This document shows, piece by piece, positions 59,145-64,000 of a DNA stretch of 64,000 bases. Location of the stretch: contig CABVSR010000001.1 of assembly GCA_902500995.1 (NCBI GenBank), positions 73,416 to 137,415 of the forward strand. Direction: 5' to 3'. Made by a program: the position numbers and the translations under genes. This stretch comes from an uncultured Nitrospira sp. Lineage in GTDB: Bacteria; Nitrospirota; Nitrospiria; Nitrospirales; Nitrospiraceae. The notes beneath the pieces are model-generated. The model did no database searches. It saw nothing but the letters and a program-made list of their open reading frames with translations, and was not told where the DNA came from. Numbering within the stretch: position 1 is the first letter of the stretch; each line of letters starts with the position of its first letter.

Positions 59145-59864
59145 TTAGCCCCCTAACACACTGTTCGTTGACTCGGCTGTTCCACGTGGAACATTGGTTT
59201 CGCTCGATGCTCTCGAAAATATCGAAAGGACGCGATGACCATAATTGGATGGAAGCTCATACTCAACTTCTTGCGCCAAAGCAAGGCCGGAAAATGCAAA
59301 GTCCCTTGGAACCGGCTCGGCGCGGTACAAAATCACTTTCCCACTTGGCTTAAGCAAACTCGCCAGTGACTGCCCGTCCTTATCCACCTTTAACGCTCGC
59401 ACCACGATGTAATCGAACAGAGGACGATTCACTCGACTCGCATAGGGCTCCAATTTGGCAGAGACAACGGTGACCCGCCGTAAGCCCAGCGATCCCACGA
59501 CGTACCTCAAAAACGAGCCTTTTTTCTCATTCGGCTCGAGAAGTTCCAGCGCCAAGTCCGGCAGTATTAACTTGAGGGGAAGCCCAGGAAATCCCGCACC
59601 GGCCCCTATATCAAGAACGTATCTTTCGCCATATTTATCAATGACCTTAATTCCAGCGAGAGAATCAATGAAATGCTTCGCGATGATCTCATCCTCGTCA
59701 GCAAGCGAGGTCAGATTAATCGCCTGATTCCACGTTTTTAGTGCGCATAGATATTCATAGAACTGGGGCAAACAAGAATCAGGAAGAGGGACAGCGAGCG
59801 CTGAAGCCAACCTGCGAAAGGTATCTTCGAATCGAAGGAAGGAATCTTGTTCCACGTGGAACAA
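59145..59864 (-). CDS. rsmG: 16S rRNA m7G527 methyltransferase (start uncertain; lies within or near parS)
   Basis: WNQAINLTS, KHFIDSL, DIGAGAGFPG, E..EKK..FL and VRA. Confidence 0.92.
   Translation of the reverse strand: MFHVEQDSFLRFEDTFRRLASALAVPLPDSCLPQFYEYLCALKTWNQAINLTSLADEDEIIAKHFIDSLAGIKVIDKYGERYVLDIGAGAGFPGLPLKLILPDLALELLEPNEKKGSFLRYVVGSLGLRRVTVVSAKLEPYASRVNRPLFDYIVVRALKVDKDGQSLASLLKPSGKVILYRAEPVPRDFAFSGLALAQEVEYELPSNYGHRVLSIFSRASSETNVPRGTAESTNSVLGG
59178..59193. other. parS: parS centromere site
   Basis: Perfect palindrome TGTTCCACGTGGAACA. Confidence 0.9.
59848..59863. other. parS: parS centromere site
   Basis: Perfect palindrome TGTTCCACGTGGAACA (extends to 18 bp). Confidence 0.9.
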
Positions 59865-59957
59865 TTACGCGAAACCCATCCATGGGTCAAGAATGTTTAT
59901 GAGGGCAGGATCAATTTTAGAAAACAAAGTCGTGGCAGGAATGAGTTAGAGAGTGGA

Positions 59958-61838
59958 TCAGTCTTCAAGCCGAGGCTGTCGCCTGTGGCGCTCAACCGCA
60001 ACCAGCAAGAGGGAAATTGCGGCTGGCGTCACACCGGATATCCGTGAGGCCTGCCCAATGGAAGCCGGTTTCACCCGTTTGAGTTTTTCCCTGACCTCTG
60101 TCGAAAACCCTGACACTTCGTCATAGTCAAAACTTCCAGGGATCATACGGTGCTCGAATTTTTGCGATCGCTGGATCTGTTGATGCTGCCGTTTGATATA
60201 CCCCTCGTACTTCACTTCGAGCTGGACAGCCTCCATGATTTCGGGATCTTCGATCTCTGATCCTCCAAAAACGGAGCGAATTTTCTCATAGGTCGCGTCC
60301 TGACGCCGGAGAATCTCGGCTAAAGACTGCGTGGGGGCGACGGCCCCTACCTCGAAATCCTCGAGCAACTCCCTGATTTCTGGCGTGAGCTTAGGTCTGG
60401 TTTCCTTGAGCCGCTGCACCTCGCGTTCAATTGAGATGCGCTTCGCTTGAAACTTCTCATGGATGTCATTCGGAACGAGTCCGATTCGATGGCCGATATC
60501 CATGAGGCGAAGATCGGCATTGTCGTGGCGCAGCAAGAGCCGATACTCCGCCCGCGAAGTAAACATACGATACGGCTCTCGCGCATCCTTGGTGATTAAA
60601 TCATCGATCAAGACCCCGATGTAGGCTTGCGAACGGTCGAGCACGAGCGGGTCTTCCCCTCGCAGTTTCAACGCGGCGTTGATTCCGGCCATGATTCCCT
60701 GCGCCCCGGCTTCTTCATACCCGGATGTCCCATTGATCTGTCCTGCATGATACAGCCCTTTCACGAGCTTGGTTTCCAACGAGTTATGTAATTGGCGCGG
60801 CGGAAAATAGTCATATTCGACCGCGTATCCCGGCTTGAGAATTCGGGCTTGCTCCAGTCCAGGAATGGTCTTGAGTAGGGCTGCTTGCACATCAACAGGA
60901 AGACTGGTGGAAATACCGTTCGGGTAGAACTCGTTCGTGTCCAGCCCCTCAGGTTCGATGAAGATTTGATGCCGGTCCTTATCAGCAAATTTGATGACTT
61001 TATCCTCAATCGACGGACAATACCGAGGACCGACCCCGTCGATCACACCACTGAACAATGGCGATCTATCGATATTTTTAGCAATAATATCATGCGTTTG
61101 TGAATTTGTGTGAGTCAGGTGGCAGGGGACCTGCGGTAAGGGAATCCGGGTGGTGCGGTACGAAAAGGGCGGAGGCGGATCATCACCGGGCTGGAGCTCC
61201 ATGACAGAAAAATTAATGGTGTCTCGCTCGAGCCTGGGCGGGGTTCCGGTTTTCAGACGACCAACCTCGAACCCAAAATCGCGCATGCAATCAGAGAGGT
61301 GTTCAGCCGACGACTCCCCGGCCCGCCCCGCCGGAAAGTGACTCAATCCGATGTGGATGAGGCCCTTCAAAAACGTACCGGAGGTGAGCACGACGGCACG
61401 AGCTTCAATGGGCGTTCCTGAATCGGTCACAATACCGGTGACTGTCCCGCCCTGCGTCAGGATACGGTCGACCGTTCCGCCGCGGATCTGAAGGCCCGGC
61501 TGTGCGCGCAGCGTCTCCTGCATCACCCGGCGATAGATCTTCTTATCGCATTGGGCGCGTAAGGCGCGAACTGCCGGCCCTTTACTGGTGTTGATCATAC
61601 GGAACTGAATCCCCGCCTGATCGGTATTCCGGCCCATTTCTCCGCCTAAGGCATCAATTTCTTTGACCAGATGCCCTTTGGCGATTCCACCGATGGCAGG
61701 ATTACAGGACATCTGGGCAATCCGGTCGGGATCCATCGTGAGCAGCAGCGTGCGCGCGCCCATGCGAGCTGCAGCCAAGGCCGCTTCGCAGCCCGCATGC
61801 CCTCCCCCCACCACGACCACATCGCACTGCTCTCTCAT
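59958..61838 (-). CDS. mnmG: tRNA uridine 5-carboxymethylaminomethyl modification enzyme (start 61838)
   Basis: [39 protein letters not shown] and [13 protein letters not shown]. Confidence 0.98.
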   Translation of the reverse strand: MREQCDVVVVGGGHAGCEAALAAARMGARTLLLTMDPDRIAQMSCNPAIGGIAKGHLVKEIDALGGEMGRNTDQAGIQFRMINTSKGPAVRALRAQCDKKIYRRVMQETLRAQPGLQIRGGTVDRILTQGGTVTGIVTDSGTPIEARAVVLTSGTFLKGLIHIGLSHFPAGRAGESSAEHLSDCMRDFGFEVGRLKTGTPPRLERDTINFSVMELQPGDDPPPPFSYRTTRIPLPQVPCHLTHTNSQTHDIIAKNIDRSPLFSGVIDGVGPRYCPSIEDKVIKFADKDRHQIFIEPEGLDTNEFYPNGISTSLPVDVQAALLKTIPGLEQARILKPGYAVEYDYFPPRQLHNSLETKLVKGLYHAGQINGTSGYEEAGAQGIMAGINAALKLRGEDPLVLDRSQAYIGVLIDDLITKDAREPYRMFTSRAEYRLLLRHDNADLRLMDIGHRIGLVPNDIHEKFQAKRISIEREVQRLKETRPKLTPEIRELLEDFEVGAVAPTQSLAEILRRQDATYEKIRSVFGGSEIEDPEIMEAVQLEVKYEGYIKRQHQQIQRSQKFEHRMIPGSFDYDEVSGFSTEVREKLKRVKPASIGQASRISGVTPAAISLLLVAVERHRRQPRLED

Positions 61839-61851
61839 GCCTGGTACCCTT

Positions 61852-63282
61852 TCATTTCCCGATACAAAACTCGGAAAAAATGCGCTCCAGAATTTCGTCG
61901 GTCGTAATGACGCCCGTAATTTCTCCCAAGGCATCCGCCGCAATGCGGAGATCTACCGCGATCAATTCTCCCGCACGGCCGGCGTCAACCGAGCGCAGGG
62001 CCTGATCAACACTTTGCGCGGCCCGCTCAAGCGCTGACACGTGGCGCAGGTTTGTCACCATCACGCCTTCGTGTGATTCTAAACTGCCAGGCACCAGCCA
62101 GCTACGAATCGCCTTGCGCAATTCATCCAACCCCGTCTGCAGGGTGGCGGAAATCTCGATCACATCGCCATGGCCGGGAGCGGCCTGATCCAGCGCGTCT
62201 CTCGACAACCGGCGTGGCAGGTCACATTTATTGATGACCAGCAACGCGCTCACGGCTTCCGGTTGGGAAAGGAGGTCGCCATCGCTCTCCGACAGGGGCT
62301 GGGAACCATCTAGGAGGATCAGGGCAAGATCGGCCTCGGTCCAGGCCAGTCTGCTCCGGCGAATGCCTTCGACTTCTACCGGATCATCTGTTGTCCGAAT
62401 CCCCGCCGTATCGAGCAATCGCACGGGGATGCCATCGATGCTGACCGATTCCTCCAGCAGATCTCGAGTGGTGCCCGGAATCGATGTCACGATGGCCCGA
62501 TCGCTCCTCAGGAAGGCGTTCATCAAGCTGGACTTGCCGACATTTGGCCGTCCCAGAATCGCCACCGCCGCCCCTTCTCTCCAGATGCGGCCGTCATGCG
62601 CAGATCGCAGCAATTGCCCCAACTTGTGCAGAATGGCATCGAGCAGTCGCAGCAGTTCGTCCTGGCGGACAAACGAAATATCTTCCTCCGCAAAATCCAG
62701 AGCGGCCTCGATGTGCGCCAAGGCCACAACCAATTGTGAACGGATCTCCTCCACCAGACGGGACAACTCGCCCCGTCGCTGGGACTGGGCAAGAACGAGG
62801 CTGCGCTCGGTCTTCGCGCGAATGGTATCGAGCACCGCCTCGGCTTGCGCAAGATCAAGCCGCCCGTTGAGAAAGGCGCGTTGGGTGAATTCACCGGGGG
62901 CCGCAAGCCTCGCTCCCGCCGAGAGGAGCCCCCGGCACAATTGATCGAGAATGACCGGACCGCCGTGGCATTGGATCTCCACCACGTCTTCCCCGGTATA
63001 CGAATGTGGGGCTTTCATCCAAACGACGAGCGCCTCATCGATCACACTCGGCGCGTGAGTGTTGCGCCTGCCGGCGGCAGGCCCGTTCGGGTCGTCCGCA
63101 CAGAGGTCGGCGAGCGTGAGCTGATGCGTCCGAAGCGCGCGAAGGGATCGGCCCGACCGGAGGCGCGCCACATGAGAGGCCACGTCAAGCGCGCGAAGGC
63201 CGCTGATGCGGAGGATGCCGATGCCCCCTTCGCCGGGAGGCGTGGCGATGGCACAGATGGTATCGTCTAGCGCGCCAGACAT
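61852..63282 (-). CDS. mnmE: tRNA modification GTPase
   Basis: [34 protein letters not shown] and FCIGK. Confidence 0.97.
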   Translation of the reverse strand: MSGALDDTICAIATPPGEGGIGILRISGLRALDVASHVARLRSGRSLRALRTHQLTLADLCADDPNGPAAGRRNTHAPSVIDEALVVWMKAPHSYTGEDVVEIQCHGGPVILDQLCRGLLSAGARLAAPGEFTQRAFLNGRLDLAQAEAVLDTIRAKTERSLVLAQSQRRGELSRLVEEIRSQLVVALAHIEAALDFAEEDISFVRQDELLRLLDAILHKLGQLLRSAHDGRIWREGAAVAILGRPNVGKSSLMNAFLRSDRAIVTSIPGTTRDLLEESVSIDGIPVRLLDTAGIRTTDDPVEVEGIRRSRLAWTEADLALILLDGSQPLSESDGDLLSQPEAVSALLVINKCDLPRRLSRDALDQAAPGHGDVIEISATLQTGLDELRKAIRSWLVPGSLESHEGVMVTNLRHVSALERAAQSVDQALRSVDAGRAGELIAVDLRIAADALGEITGVITTDEILERIFSEFCIGK

Positions 63283-63303
63283 GACGCACCCAGTGAGGTG
63301 ATA

Positions 63304-64000
63304 TTATTCGGCGGATGAGGTGGTTCGCCGCTTGCCGCTGCTCTTCTGTTCTTTCGATTCTTCGATAGCCACCGCTTCACCATCCGCTGACGGGGCCTGC
63401 CATTTTTTCCCGAACAACCGCTCAGTCACGACTTGCTGAGTAATCGTGAGGGTGTTGTTCGTCAGCCAGTACAGCACCAGGCCTGCCGGGAAGTTAACGA
63501 ACAGGAAAGTCATGAAGACCGGCAGGAACAACATAATCTTGGCTTGAGTCGGATCCATCGTCGTTGGCGTAATCTTCTGCTGAATGACCATGGTGGCGCC
63601 CATGATGATCGGCAGGACGTAATAGGGATCCTGCACGGAAAGATCCTTGATCCAGAGCATGAACGGGGCCTGCCGGAGGTCGATCGTCATATAGAGGATG
63701 TTAAACAGCGCAACAAAAACAGGCATCTGCAGCACCATCGGCAGGCACCCGCCGACCGGATTCACCCGATGATCCTTATACAGTTTGATCAATTCCTTGT
63801 TCAGCCGCTCGCGGTCATCCTTGAACTTATTCTGAATCGCCAGGACCTTCGGCTGAATAACCTGCATCTGCTTCATCGACTTATAACTTTTATACTGGAG
63901 CGGCACGAACATCAGCTTGATCAGCATGGTCAAGAGGATGATCGTCACGCCATAGTTGTGCGTAAATTCGTAGAGGAAGCGCAGGACGTAAAAAATGGGC
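63304..64000 (-). CDS. yidC: Membrane protein insertase YidC, 3' part; runs off the window end
   Basis: NYGVTIILLT, NPVGGCLP, APFMLWIKDLS..DP and AGLVLYW. Confidence 0.96.
   Translation of the reverse strand, partial: PIFYVLRFLYEFTHNYGVTIILLTMLIKLMFVPLQYKSYKSMKQMQVIQPKVLAIQNKFKDDRERLNKELIKLYKDHRVNPVGGCLPMVLQMPVFVALFNILYMTIDLRQAPFMLWIKDLSVQDPYYVLPIIMGATMVIQQKITPTTMDPTQAKIMLFLPVFMTFLFVNFPAGLVLYWLTNNTLTITQQVVTERLFGKKWQAPSADGEAVAIEESKEQKSSGKRRTTSSAE

Overview
A 64-kb, GC-rich, mostly housekeeping chromosomal segment. The gene repertoire and protein style suggest a Nitrospira (Nitrospirota) genome; this is inferred, not database-confirmed. From left to right it holds: an aromatic amino-acid operon (pheA-hisC-aroF-tyrA-aroA'); yebC-ruvA-[Cys-rich secreted ORF]-ruvB with no ruvC; an Mrp/ApbC unit with a Zn-ribbon+2xPCP_red protein and a His-rich membrane protein; and an Rrf2-headed sulfate assimilation operon (sulfite reductase-HEPN-TusA fusion, APS reductase, TrpD2/YbiB-like protein, cysD, cysN with a degenerate kinase domain). 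Next come a Fis-like gene, HU, tRNA-Val and thrS-infC(ATC start)-rpmI-rplT, converging on an inverted archaeal/eukaryote-type pheST. Then fmt-rsmB-rpe, initiator tRNA-Met with a small signalling islet, anmK, a Zn/Mn ABC transporter, and two rluD paralogs around a PilZ gene, DnaA boxes and a MITE-like element. A circularly permuted ATP-grasp/alpha-E/Anbu peptidase cassette lacking its transglutaminase sits between two DUF3365 c-type cytochromes. The window ends with an F1-only atp operon, mnmA, two bactofilins, parAB, two perfect parS sites, rsmG, mnmG, mnmE and partial yidC. No CRISPR array, rRNA, integrase or transposase was seen. All family assignments come from motif recognition by eye.
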